Source of the DNA: Azolla caroliniana | Lineage: Eukaryota > Plantae > Polypodiophyta | NCBI GenBank assembly: GCA_043228905.1 | Contig: JBHGNT010000016.1 | Location: 4,898,001 to 4,962,000 of the forward strand | Length of the DNA: 64,000 nucleotides | Direction: 5' to 3' | Part shown: in pieces, positions 41,701 to 55,900 of the stretch | Position numbering within the stretch: the stretch's first letter is position 1 | Layout of the letters: each line of letters starts with the position of its first letter | Made by a program: the position numbers and the translations under genes | The notes under the pieces: generated by a model | The model's input: the letters and a program-made list of their open reading frames with translations, nothing else | Told to the model about the DNA's origin: nothing | Database searches by the model: none

Positions 41701-43369
41701 GTGGATTCTTGATAATAGGCTATTGCATCAATGGTTCGAGCAAGAGATGCAGAGCCCACCAACCTCGAGGTGCTACTATCACTTGGTGTCAGTCATACTA
41801 ATGGTAAGCGGCTTTATACTAAGAGTTCCTTCATTTAAACAATCTGAGAAGAGAACTAGAAAACATTGATTGCTTGTTTATAGGGATTTCCTCGTTCCAG
41901 TTCTACAGTATGATTTATAAATCATTATTTTTCATTATCAAAAGAGATTGACCCAGACTCAGATTTTCCTGACTCTGAATTGATAAAAAAACGAAAATAG
42001 CCATGACCTTTACCATCAAACTTACATTATAACACTTCTTAATTTAAATATTTCATTTTCAAATACTATTGAATGAGTGCAAAAACATTCCTGAAAGTTT
42101 GACCAAGAAGTAATTACATGCACACATTTGCACAGACGCACTTGTGCACAAGCACTTACCTCTTCATTTGCACATGGAAATCATAGTTTTTCCTACATAT
42201 CTACCCCTCTCAAATTATTTTCCTTGATGGATAACATAATGTCAACTTTTGTCTTCAGAACTGGAGCAACAGGAAGCCTTAAAATATTTGAGAGCATGGC
42301 TTCAACATCATTCTAAGTTTGGTTCATTGATATCCTCCGAGCAAATTCCAATTTTAAATCATTCTGAGGTAAAATTCGAACTATGTATAATGAACCAAGT
42401 CACATACATTTTATTCTTAATGTGAATTGGTGCACTTGAAAATCTAGGTTACATGCTGAGTATCTTTTCACTATATAGAATGAAAACCTAGTTTGCATAT
42501 AGTCAATTCTTATTGTTAGCTGTTTCATTTGCATTTGAAAATCTAGGTTACATGCCAATGCACGTAATCTTCTTGTAGTATGAACCTTTCATACACTCTG
42601 ATTCAATTCTTACTTAGAATTTGCAATTGAAAATCTAGGTTACTGCTCTCTTCAATGAGGCTGCCCAAATGTCTCCAGAGGATGCAGATGTCCATACAGT
42701 GCTGGGTGTTCTCTATAATCTATCCAGAGAGTATGATAAAGCTATTGCGGCTTTCCGCAGAGCACTAGAATTGAAGCCCAAAGACTACTCTCTTTGGAAT
42801 AAGCTTGGTGCAACTCAGGCGAATAGTTCTCGAAGTTCTGATGCTCTTTATGCATATCAAGAGGTGGTCCATGATTTAAAAAAAGGCAGTAACATCACAT
42901 GAAAAAGAAAGTTTATGGAAATATATGTAAAATTTTGGTTTTTGTTTTTTTATCATCCAGGCTTTGGACTTAAAGCCAAATTATGTTCGAGCTTGGTCCA
43001 ATATGGGGATAAGCTATGCTAATCAGGTACTGTAATCATCTTGATGTAGCCATCACAACTTAGCATAAGAGGAATGTCACTTGTCAAATACTAATTTTAG
43101 GTCTTACACAGGGACGATATGAAGAGTCTATACGCTATTATGTAAGAGCATTATGTATGAATCCAAAAGCAGAAAATGCTTGGCAATACCTTCGAATCTC
43201 TCTTAGGTAGGAGTTTCCCTCTCTATTGCATACACACATCCACATAATTACCTTTTTCATGCATTACATTTCTATTGATTGTTTTTTCAGCATCTCGGGC
43301 CGGGGACAGTTGATTGATGCATGTGACAAACGTGATCTTGATTTGCTACAACGAGAATATCCCATGTGA
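35702..43369 (+). CDS. PEX5: Peroxisomal targeting signal 1 receptor PEX5 (~757 aa); exons 35702-35821, 36662-36787, 39108-39509, 39602-39859, 40272-40394, 40478-40630, 40729-40910, 41000-41249, 41719-41803, 42259-42368, 42639-42863, 42961-43026, 43112-43206, 43291-43369
   Basis: N-terminus MALRDLVMGGGACAVPGTSSSANPLG with the conserved Cys. Multiple WxxxF motifs (WAAEF, WAEEF, WADQF, WADEF, WIDEF). PEX7-binding KFQNSKFLQFVSKMSRGE. C-terminal TPRs (LWNKLGATQANS, KPNYVRAWSNMG). All introns GT-AG with consistent phase, 2274 nt in total. Confidence 0.97.
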
Positions 43370-45366
43370 TGCGCACATCTATGTTCAACATGCTGAATTC
43401 AGAATATTATCCTCTTCCAAATGTAATCTCAATTATTTCATTGTAATCATAAGCTTTGTGGGCAAGCCTTTTAATGTAATGACCATTAAATTTGCTCTTA
43501 ATCTAATGCAATAAGATATTTACATGTCTTTGATAACTGACAGTGTTGGTAATAGATATTATCTCTATGTACATTATTTAAAGGTCGTGTAAGTAATACA
43601 TGCCAATAGATGATGAATTTCCTAAGTAAGGTGGATTATGAACCAATAGAGGGAGTTATCATTTATATCATTGTAGGCATGAAGCATTGTTGAACCATCA
43701 ACCATCATCATTTGTGATATTTTTTATCTAGCTATAAATTCTTAATTGGGATGAGAGAAGGTTATCGTCAATATGATAATGATGATTATTCAACAAGGAA
43801 ATATTTAATATTGCAAGATTTGAATGTTCTCATTGATAACAATTGTGACTATTCATCCATGTATTAATGGAAATGGAGTAATGTTATTATAGGTTTCGTT
43901 TATGCTAAATACATTGAATTACCAGCCATTGGCAAGTCTATTGAATGTAGATAATGGAATGATTAATAGAGTTGATCTTTATACTTGCCCAAGGCAAATT
44001 TCAAAAGTAAGATGGCACACTAAGTAAACGCTGGAAAATGTTTCTCACCACTATATTGGTTCTGATATCTTAACTTGTTAAAGTTTGAATTGGATATTTG
44101 GTACAACCCTAGACAAACTTGTATATTGGAGATAAAGTCAAACTTGGTTGTTTGTTTCTCAAGGCAAAGTGGTACACACAAAAATTGGTTCTCATGATTG
44201 CTTGTTTTTGTCATTGCTATCCACCAAGTGTAATTATGGAAGAGAGTCAAGAGTAGGCATGCAATGGTGAAAAATATTAGAGATTGGTCAAGTGGCTTTT
44301 GCTAGTGCTAGATTAGTAAAGGTGCTTGTGTAGTCATGGATCTTGGATTCATATGGAGGAGAAAGAGAGCTTGGCTTTGTAGCTATGTAATATGCTCTTA
44401 GTGTTATGCAAACTTGCCATGGCCTTAAGAACAATGAAAGTTCACATCTGAATTCAATATGGGGAAGCTTGGCTTGGTAACTATGCAATATGCTATTAGT
44501 GCCATGCAAACTTGACATGGCCTTAAGAACAATGTAAACTAGGTCTCATGTACTTCTTGGATATGATCATATTTGGGAATTATTATCCACTTTGCTTGTT
44601 CTTGCTTCTATGATGCCAAAATTTGGGATATATGACTTGAGCAAATATTGGTTATCCAATAAGAAACCTACCATATCTACAATGCATACAAATGATGAAT
44701 ATCTTTGAGAGATTAGTTGGTGGTGAAGGTATCACTTGCACTTATGTATATCATGGTGGTGATAAGTGTTGGATGCAAGAGGATGACAATGCCATCTTCC
44801 ATTTTGTGAGGGAGTGTGTTTCTTAGGTGGGCAGGGGCTGATCTTCAATCGTAGCTTCTAAATGTTGACACATGTATACTGACTGGGCAGGGTGGGCAAC
44901 ATAGAGATTCCTTACACACCGTTGTCTCATCGGTAAAGCCATTTGGGTTGTTATGCCACGACTCGAGGCTTCATTTAAGTAGTGGGCAAGTTTTGCTCGG
45001 GAGCGAGTGCATTACTGGGCCCTGGCCCCACCCCAAGCTATAATGTAAAGGAGGGTGTTTTAAGACACATAACACTTCTTTGGAGAAGGAGGTGGGGTGT
45101 GTGTGTGTGTGCTCATGTGTATGTGGTTTAGATGATGTTCTCCTGAGTCCTTCCTACATGATTGATTGATTACAAGAAAAAGGCGCATATAGTGCCCTTA
45201 CACAGATAGAGAGGGCGAGAAAGACAGAGAGAGGGATAGGGATCATGGAATGCATTTTCGCTTCTTCTTTTTCTGATGAGTAATTCGAATAATTAGGGTT
45301 TCGTTTTCGTTTGTTTTCGTTTGTTTTGTTTTGTTTCTTTCCCTTTGTTGTTGTTTTCATTTATCA

Positions 45367-48300
45367 ATGGGGTCAAGAACAGAGAGGGCGCATCAGAAAT
45401 ACAGGGAAGGTCAGTATGAGGAGGCATTAGAGCTCTACAGCGATGCCCTTAATGCTGCCAAGCTTCTTCAACACAAGATCGCTCTGCACAGCAACAGGGC
45501 TGCCTGCCATCTCAAGCTTAAAAGCTATAGAAAGGTATACATCCTTTGAATTCTTCATTTTTTTCTTAATCTAAAGATTTTTCTTTTGAATATATATGTT
45601 GCAAGATGGCCATTTTTTATGCTAGATGTCTATTTTGAGAGAGAAAGAGAGATGGTAGACGTCTTATGTTGATCATGGATGTGTATTTTGAGAAAAAGAG
45701 AGAGAGAGAGAGAGTGGTGATAATGAGACCAGTAAACCTTACAACTATAATACGGTGTGTAATATGAATGTCTGAATAAAAACTAATCAATAGAAAAATA
45801 GAACAAATTATTGAGATGGAGACATTGATTTGAGTACAAAGTATAGAGATGTTGCTTATGATATGAGTTTGAAGCTTGAGAGAAATGATGTACTAGACAT
45901 AGTATACAATGTGTAGTAGCAGGAATATTACTATGGCAGAAGATATCGTAATCAAGAGGGAGAGAAAGAAAGAAAGATATATTAATGTTTTTGAAGACCA
46001 AAATTGACCCATGAGACAAATGATACTGTAATGGGATGTGTACCCAATCATCGAAGATAAAATAAAAATAATGGGGGAGAGAGAGGGGAAAAATCGGCTT
46101 ACGAGACAAATATTGATTGCAAATGTGTGAATTCATTTCATTTATATAAAACCAAAAATAAAAGCTGTAGGTTTCATAAAGTTCCGTGATCATTATCACA
46201 AGGCATGTGGTGGAAGGATTGTTTAGATTTTGTTTACAAGCATGAAGAGCATAGCTAATATGCAAGGGAGTGGTCGTGATGGGACTCTGGTGAAATGATG
46301 CTATGAAAGAGTTTAACAAGTCCATTGGGGTATCTTCGAGCGGATCTGACATGGTAGGAAAGTGTACTCTCATCAACACTCCCAACATCTCTGTTTGTAC
46401 CCCGAGGAAGAAACTATGCTGTACGCTACCCCATGCCAAAGCACACCTCAATGCCTTTCTGATGGCTGAGAAGGGTAACCACATCTCCCAGTGTCTCAGA
46501 TCCGAGGACAGTGATGCCTCACAACTTGCCAAGTTCAGCCTCTCGCCTATACCACCCTCCAATAACTTTCAGACTTCCGATGAGGTGCGAATGGATTTCT
46601 AGTTTATGTTCCAACCCCACATGTTGCTAACGGAAACCACCATCTTTTCTCTGCTGCATACTGAGAATCTGATGAGGGCCTGCAGCAATTCATTATCTGC
46701 TTCCAGCAGTAGCTCAGGAAGCTGTCTTACAGTCCCCACAACATTGACTTGAAGACTACCGTTCCTTTTTTACTCTTTAGGAACTGCTACATATGACCCT
46801 CCTTGTCATCAACTTCTCGGGGTTTATCTTTAAAGCTGTAGTCAACCATGTTCTAGACATGGACTGTGTCCAGATGAGTCATGCCTTTAACCTGAACGTA
46901 TTATGTGAAACCCTCCCTGATGGTGGAAGAGGGGGGGCTTTTTGAAAAGCTGCACAATGCCCAATGTTGACCGTTTGTTGACTGAGTGTACCTTTTACAT
47001 CAAATGTGCCCCCTGCCACTTGTGTGGACAAAACATTGAGCAGTGTGATTAGAACTTCCTAGAAAAAAGACTACCAACATCCACCACACGAATATCAGCA
47101 AGTGCCTCAGTCACAACCACGTGATTGAAAGAATGAATGACCAACTAGCACATCTCGATTACTGGGGTAACTATAGAGGAGTGAACCACTGCCAAGAAGA
47201 TCAGAGGGAGGACTACAGACGAGAAAACTGATGGGAAGACTACAAACGGGAAGACTGGTGCTGTGTTGACATCAACTGCCACGAGTTCAAGTCCAAGCAT
47301 GAGTCTCTTCAGCTGCCAAAATGATGGAATGGTCCGCACACTCAACTGGAGCCCCACTCTGCTCTGTGCTGCGATCAACAGTGGCATTAGTCACCAGCTG
47401 TTCTGCCCATCACCCTGTCATTAGTCCACACACTCAAGTGGAGCCTCACTCTGCTTTGAGCTGCGATCAACAGTGGCATTGTCACTAGTTCTGCCCATCA
47501 ACTTTTTTAGGGAGCCACCTTGGCTGACTGTGCCTGCACTGCCAATGAGACCAAATCTCTGGACTCCCCTGAGCTCCAGTGGTATTTCTCCTGCCAAGAA
47601 GGACACACGAGCATGTTTTGTTTGGACTGACATCCAAAATATGAAGGGATGGGCTGATTGCCAACTTTATTGGCACTTGTACCGTGAATGTCCTTCAGGT
47701 GGCAGTGACAATGCAACACTGACATTGGATATAATAAGATTGCATCCAGCGGCATCACCCCTACGAGCATCCAGCAGGATCACATCCGATCAGTCCCTGG
47801 TCATCACCCTCAGATGATTCTGTGGGCATCACGCTCAGATTTCCATGGCTCTGGTGTCCATGTGCTCAGTGAGGCCATCTGCCAATGCCTCAGCATCACC
47901 AAGTGGGACAAATGCACGTTTTGGTTATGGATGACAGACACCAGCTTGGTCCAGCCTCTTTAGTCTTATAAGACCTACTCGTTTCCCAGCGGAGGTACTT
48001 TTTCACATTTCACCCAGTGTCCTCTGAGAACGTTAATATGTTTGAAGGGATTGTTGACATGTACGTTGAGGCATAGATGGACAATCATCCTCTTTTTGCG
48101 ATTGATGTGGTCTATCAGATGTTTCTATTGGTTCCTTGATTATTGTCATTTACTTCTGCATATTGGATCCCTTGGGAGTGAAATAACATAGTCAATGAAT
48201 AAGACTTGTGTCTGTGAGAGCTCGAGTCAGATCTGAATGTATTTAGTCTCTGCATCCCATTCCACTACTTGTATGCGAAGAACCGACAAGAGATTACACA

Positions 48301-51300
48301 GAAAATGCTACGTCATCTTGAACCACAAAACAAAATATGAATGAAAAAACTTCCTTAGGTATTCCGGTTGTCTGACAATCATTTGGCCTAGAAGATTTAA
48401 TATACCAAAAGGGCCTATAAGATAGAGGAAGATGGCAGATAAGACCCAACAAGATATGACATAGAAAAGGTTATTTCATCATGGGCTACAAAACAAAATA
48501 TGAATGGAAAAACTGCCTAAGCTATGCTGGTTATCCTACAATCATTTGGCCAAGAGTAAGAATACTGGGAAAGAGAGTAGCTATTTCTCAATAGACTTCT
48601 TTATTTTCTTTTCAACAGTGATCATGTTTCCAGTTGCATTGCGGCACGATTAAAGCCGATGATCGTAAGCCATGTCCTTCATCATGACCTTAAATGAAAT
48701 AATGTAATTGCTGTGTTGTAGTTAAGAGAACTTCAATACCTTTTAAGAGAAGGAAAAAAAAGGAAAAGGAAATGGAAAGAAGGATATTATCATAAGGTTG
48801 TCATAGGTTGACATAAAATCTAGGTGAATGAGTCTAATAGGAAGACCTGATAATGCATCTTTTCAAGTGAAGACTGAATTATATAATATTGCAGGCAGCG
48901 GAGGAATGTGGTGCAGTTTTAGAATTGGATGCAAAACATGCAGGAGCTCTAATGCTCCGTGCGCAAACACTTGTTGCAATGAAGGACTATCATTCTGCTT
49001 TGTTTGATGTGAACAGACTCCTTGAGATCAATCCAACATCTGATGTGTATCGCAATCTCCAAGCTCGGCTTAGAACACAAGTGGTAAGTTTGTAGCCTAG
49101 CTGAATAATAGAATGTCTTTACATTATGTTGCCGTATATACTTGTTCCATATGATACCTAACAACTTACTTTGCTTTTGGGACCTCCAACTTTGTGAGAA
49201 TAGGCATATGGTCTCATTCTCTGAACAACATAAGTGGGTAAAATAAAAAGTATGGTGAGAATATCACGCATGGAGAATATGACGAATATCACACATGTGT
49301 CAATCTATGCATAGATATGCATGTAATGAGATAGAAAGCTTTATCATTCATATGAAACTAGTCACACCTTTTTTATTATTACAAATGTAGAAGCCAAGTA
49401 CTTGGGATCTATTATAAGTTATTCCAAATTAAATAGGAATCAAAGATGTAGGATAAATAAAACTTTTATGATATTTTCACTGTAATTCAAAGCTAGCATT
49501 GCTTCCACTGTTGAAAGGTAAATAAAAACCAAAGATGTAGAATAAATAAAAGTTTTACAATATTTTCTTTGTGGTTCAAAGATCAAATTCTCCTTGTAGA
49601 ACGTGTGGGAAACAGGTTAACTCATAGGGGTGCATTGATGGGATACTCTAAGCATCTCTTGTTAGGCTGTTGGGCATGCTATTGTATGTTTCTGAGAGTT
49701 AGGGTACTTAATTAATACCTAGTATGCCCTTACATGTTGAATTTGGACTAAGGCTTGTGATGATTCACCATTTCTATATTAACAAGGTACAAAGAGTATA
49801 GAGTTGTGAATTATGCTTACAGCTAGATGTCACCTAGAATTTGGATTGGATATATGCTTTTACGAGTAACAATAGATTAACAGGCTGAACAGCGACAGGA
49901 TAATGGATTTAGGGATCATGGGCACTGGGCACTGGGCACTGTTGATATTCATCTTTACAGCCATGGTCCTTCATCATCTATGGCACCTGAATCAAGCACT
50001 GTGCTTACCACAATATGTGATTTATTACATATGGTGTACTTTCAGTCATTGTAGTCTGTAGAAGACTTGTATAATGCTTAGGCAGGATAGGATGTACACT
50101 TTACTAACTCTCATGGTGCAAGACCACATTGTAATAAAATTGATTATATGATCTCAGATTGTAGGAGAGTCTCTTTGCATCATGAGAGTTAGTAAACAAT
50201 AGGTAATAATGAGCTTGGACAGTTGGGCTGTTTTAGTCAGCTGAGATCCAGTGTGCTTCCTTTGGTCACTTCTTATTTGTTGTGTCTGCACAAGGCGTTT
50301 GTCTCGATATTTTCAGACACTTGATATTTTCAGTCAGGCTACTATACAATCACAAGCCAACCCTCATCAACTATGCACACATCAAAAGGCTCAATCTGCT
50401 TTCTGCTTAATCTCTTCTTCTTCTTTCTTGAAAGAACTTTAGAGATTTAAGCTGGCCTATGAATTAAAAAAATCAGAAGAGTTTGATGGCTGTAATAGCT
50501 TGCAACTACCCAACCACCAATAGTGACATGAGCTCCCTAAGGTCTTTCGACGTGAAAGTCAGTGAACCAATCCTCCTTAGGCACTAGGTCGTGAAGTCTG
50601 CAACAGCCGAGAACTAGAACCAGTAACTATCGGTATCTGGCATATATCAAGTGGTCTACTATTAGATCCAGTTGTAAGTTGATCTTAGCCATGACCCCCT
50701 TTCCCCCAATAATTGAGATAGTCTTCATTTTGCTATCAACGCTATAGATGGTTAAAATGAATACAGCCTGTAACGTTTGTACTGCTCGTAGCTCTCATTA
50801 TGTTGTTTTGTTGTGCTTCTTCATCGAGTCTTCTTGCCCAACCTTTTCATTACTAGTGCTTGCAGTAATGGGTATAATATCCCGCCAGGTCTCTGATTTC
50901 ACATCTGCTTCTGCGTCTGTGATAACATGTGCCTATACTTCTGCCTGTGCAAGCAAGCAAGAAGGGAAACTCCAAAAAGGCAAAGAATTAGCAATGCCCG
51001 GAGGTAGTGTAGCAGAATCTTCCAGTGAGTGTTGAATACACAAAATATAATTCTCTCAAATATACCCAGCGCTTGATATAGATCATTTTTCTTTGTTTTT
51101 TGTTTTGAAAACCCTCCTCAGGAAGGAAGATCATTACTGGTATTTTGTCAAACAAAAAGTAAAACAAAACAAACATGAGTTATGTAAACCTATATATGTA
51201 TATTATCTGTTCCAATGGCTATTATGTGATACATACCTATAATTATATATATAAACCTATATATGTATATTATGTGGTCCAATGCACATGAACTCAGCCA

Positions 51301-51911
51301 TGACTGCTCTTGGATGTTAAAAGGGAGCTTATGTCGCAGACATGAAAGCTCTCTAACTAATATCAAGGATCTTCAATCGCGTCAGAGGCGTAAAGCTTGT
51401 GCGTAATTATAAAAGCTCATGGGCCCAATTCATCCTTGAAGCATTCTATACTCGAATACTTTTTCTTTGATTTGATGACCTCCCAGGTAAATTGAAGAAA
51501 TATTAAGCCAGTCCTGAACTAGGTAGCTAAGTACAAGATACAGGGGTCATGGCCCATGGGTACTAGTAATACTAGGAATTCATGCAAAATAAATAAATCT
51601 GGGCGAAGAGACAGTTATTTCTCTCTTTTATGAAGGCACTAGCTCCAATACCTGAAGGAGAAGATGAGGCACCTGAGACTGAAGAGACATCATCAACCAC
51701 CTCTGAATCATCAACCAATCCCAAATTAAAGGGATGGGAAGCGATTCCCAAGCCAAAAGGACATTCCGGACTTGATTACTCTCGATGGGATAGTCTTGCA
51801 GGTGATATTAGTGATGGCGATGAAGATGATGATGACAGCGATGACAATGATTCTTCCCCACAATTTAAGTTCCGTTTACGAACTGTTGGCGTACGATCTA
51901 TTGATAAATAA
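45367..51911 (+). CDS. Small TPR-repeat protein (~210 aa) with acidic C-terminus; exons 45367-45534, 48895-49083, 51636-51911
   Basis: Three TPR motifs with carboxylate-clamp-like residues (YEEALELYS, LHSNRAACHLKL, ALMLRAQ). C-terminal GWEAIPKPKGHSGLDYSRWD...FKFRLRTVGV resembles a conserved plant TPR family. Phase-0 GT-AG introns, 633 nt. Confidence 0.9.
45800..46110 (+). mobile_element. Highly decayed RTE LINE 3' fragment in TPR intron 1
   Basis: Residual motifs DGDID, IIEDKIK and NRL resemble RTE C-terminal DGEID...IEDKMRENRLRW. Frameshifted. Confidence 0.4.
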
Positions 51912-52942
51912 TGCATTTCTGATATATGTTCTTTTGATACCCAAAGTTGTAAATGCTATGTGGAACATATAAGGTGGCTGCTAGCCGATTATTCTTAAAA
52001 TTGATTTGTAAAATAGAATTTTGAAGGTATGACAAAGTGGTCCTTAGGATGGAATGGATTGTAAATATTTTAATAAATGCTTCTAGTTGTCTTATAGATA
52101 ATGTGATGTGTTTTGTGTTGTTTACTATTGTATTTTGAGAAGGCGAACACAACATGATATGCATTTCTTTCTTTCTTTCTGTCTCGTGCATTGTAAGCAT
52201 AAGGGTCAGCATTCTATCTCGTGCATTATAGGAATCCAAGGAAAATGTCACTTTTTCAATTGTCTTCCCATGGATTCCAAGTGTCAATTTTCCGAATCAC
52301 AGCACATAGCACATCTCATATCACTGTTTGAAAGTGTCACCAATTCATATCTCATTGACGATGCTTAGTCCATCCTCATTTTATTTCCCATCCTTCATCG
52401 TTCTAGGGCATACAAAACAAAAGGCATATCAAGCCCACTCACACTATGAAGCTATGAGCATGTGTCTAAGTACATAGAAAACAAATTATATTGAAATGTT
52501 TAGATTTCATCAATTTTGTGGATACATGACCATCAACCAGCTCTATCTAGTATATCCAAAGATCAAAGTTTCAAATCTCAAACCTTACGAAATAATTACT
52601 CTTCAGTTTGATAATTTGTAAACACATTCAAAGAGAGTTATGAAATTTAACACATTCACAAACAACTTGGACCATACATCCTCTCATTGAAAAGTATTTT
52701 ATTTATAATTCTACAGCCTTGGAATACCAGATATTTTTTTACTGCTTATGCTACCTACAAATTCAGATTGGCTCTATGTATTCATGTAGCATCCAAAGGG
52801 ACAATTTTTTATTGATCAGCACTTTCCATGTCCTAAACCAATGTAATGAAATATCATCTGTGGCACCAAGATCATAATTGAGACTGGAAGCTCTAACATA
52901 TATATGTTAGTCATCCTTCAACTTCAAGTCTATGGCATGCAC

Positions 52943-55900
52943 TTAAAACAAACTAGAGAACTTTTCCGGAATGGGCAAATTTCCCTCTAAAGCTTGTACT
53001 ACTTGGCTCATTTTAGGTCTCATTTCCGGACTTTGAATGCACCACATTGAAATCTGTAAGAGAATCTTTGCTTTCTCGAGTGATTCCGGATTGTCTTCCA
53101 CAAACTGTATGTTATTTTGGATGAGATTGCGTAAGCCTGAACCTAATAATCTACTACTTTCAGTTGTCTTCCAAGTCGAGGAAGAATTATGGTCATGGCC
53201 ATGGCCATCTAATGCATTACAAAACTCATCAGCTCCATCCATTAAAGATGCAAGATCTTCATTGGACAGTTCCTTTGGCAGATCAATGGTGGTGTGTCCA
53301 AAAACCATCTCAAGTAGGATAACACCAAAATTGTAAATATCCAGCATTTGAGCACCTATGGCCTCTGGTGACATAACCAGAACAGTAGAGCTTTGTTTAC
53401 TCAACAAAAGCTTGTGTGTGTAATATTCGCAGTTCTTTCGTGTGTCTGTGAGGCTCAAAACGTTTATCTTAGGTTCGTAGTTCTTATCCAAAAGTATTCT
53501 AGAAAGCTTCACACCAACTGGAAGTATACACTGTCCACAATCCTCATGAATATAGGTGAGACCCCGTGCTATACCAAGGGCTATCTTAAACTGTATAGAC
53601 CAATTTAGATTGTCTATTGTTTCCTTTGGTGAAAGATTTCCCACACTGCCAGGTGAAATCTCGCAATTCATATCCCTCTCTTTTGTTGAACCTGTTATCC
53701 ATCTATCCAAAGAAAGGTTGTCCATGTACTCGAACACAAACAAGAAATCAGTGGACAATTCAACACAATAACCTCGAAAATGCACGATATTCGCATGATA
53801 AGCATTTCCAAGTGCTATGACCTTTAGGCAACAAAGACGGAAATCATTGATATCATTCACCTTCACCATCTTCACTGCAATTACAGTATCATCAGAAAGA
53901 ATGCCTCTGAACACAGAACCAGAATCCCACGAAGATATTCTCACACTAAAATTAGCTGTTGCTGTGCGTAGATCGTGTAAAGCAAACTTTGTTATGAAAC
54001 ACGGTATGGAATTCAGCAGTATTGCTTCCCCAGGATTCACCTCCATGTGCTTATTATTAGGCAAGAGATTTTTTTTTGATTTGTAGAACTTTGGAGTACG
54101 AGGGTCAGGTTTATGCATTTGGATTTCTTCATTTCCTTTAGTTTCAATACCCTTTCTACGATGATCGATTAACTCATTTCCACCACTTGTTATAGATGAG
54201 AGCTCATGTCCATGGCTTGAAAGCTCGGCATAATCAAATTCAGTTGTGAGAGATTGTAAAGAAACCTCCTCTGGATCATCTATTCTCATCAGTAGTAGTT
54301 TGAAATGCCTGAGAAATTTGCAAATCTCTTTGAAATTTGGTCTGCATATGTATTCATTGTCCCAGCATTTCTCTATATACTTAGATAGAAGAGTAGGGCA
54401 AGAAACTGGCAATTCTGGCCTTCCACCATTCATGACAAATTGATGGATCTCACAGCGTAAAGTCCCATCAAAAGGAATTTTTCCAGTGAGAATTTCATAG
54501 CATGTCATTGCAAAGCTATAAACATCTGCTTTCGTTGTATAATGTTTCTTTTGATTTGAATCAGTTTCAGCCACATCTGAGCTACTAAAAACTTCTGGTG
54601 CCCTCCAATAACTAGCACCTTTCATCGATGAAAAGAACTTCGAGCTGTTGAGCTTAGCTTTTGCCATACCAAAATCACAGAGCTTCACTCTCACATGTCC
54701 TTCATCAAGGAATTCCCTGACTGTGCTATCATTGATCAGAATATTTGATGCCCTCAAATCTCTATGAATCACCTGCTGACTATGCAAGTAATCCATTCCT
54801 CGGGCAATTTGAAGCATTATGTCCACTGCCACTCTCAATGAGAAGGGAGGAGAACCAGAGCTTGATCTCTTCTCAATATGATTCCGAAGATTGCTACTGC
54901 AAAGTTCCATGACTAGATGGCACAAATTAGCTTCTTCATTAACAGACCATCCTATAAGATGCACAATGAATGGGCTATGAAGCCTCGCCAGTATTGATGC
55001 TTCTTCTTTGAAAAGCAGTGAATCCCCGCATGGTAGCTCTTTCACAGCAACCTTTATTCCATACCAAGAAGCTTCATAAACTTGCCCAAATGAGCCCCAA
55101 CCTATAAGTCTCCTCTTGGAAAAATCGATATCTTTTGGATGTATTGAGAGACATTCTGGCAAATGATGTACAACTGGTCGAGAGCCCATGCAATCAGCAT
55201 TATATTGCACCTTTTGCAGCAAGTATGCAGATATACGGTATTTATTCTCTTCCTCGACCCTTAATGTCCTCTTTTTCCGCTTACTAAGAAGCTCAAACTG
55301 AGAGTGAAGGCCGGTTAGCATAGTGATTAATTGCTTCCTATCTGCACACTCGTTGAACTTGTGATGAAGACTAGACATTTCTGCATAACATTCTGAAAAC
55401 CTTCTTGAACATACTGCATCGATCACCTCTAGAGTGCAACCTTTAGCATGATGAAGTGTAGCATCCAAGGCAGCTACAGACCAAAGAAGATCATGAATAT
55501 GAACTTGAAGAGCATCTCCGATATCAACTTGAAACAGAGCAATCCTCCACCAGTCAAGTGTAGAGCAAACAAACATATAAGCTTCCAATTCTTTCACGGT
55601 TCTATATATTTCTTTCAAAGCATGCTTACAACTTTCGAGGACATAAAAATCGTCTCCCGAATTTGTTAATGTTGACAAACATTCGGACATGTTGCAGCTC
55701 ACACTACTACGTCTTCGAAAGGAGCCAGAGCCAGAGCCAGAGCCATCTGTAGTATAATCACTATCAGTTGAGGAAAACAGTGAAGTATGAAGAAACTGAG
55801 GCCAAAATTTGGAAAGTTTAGAAGAGAAGATCGAAGCAAGCAGCAAACATTGTGTCGAGTTTATCATCAATTTGGAGAGAGGGATCTTTCTGCAACTCCT

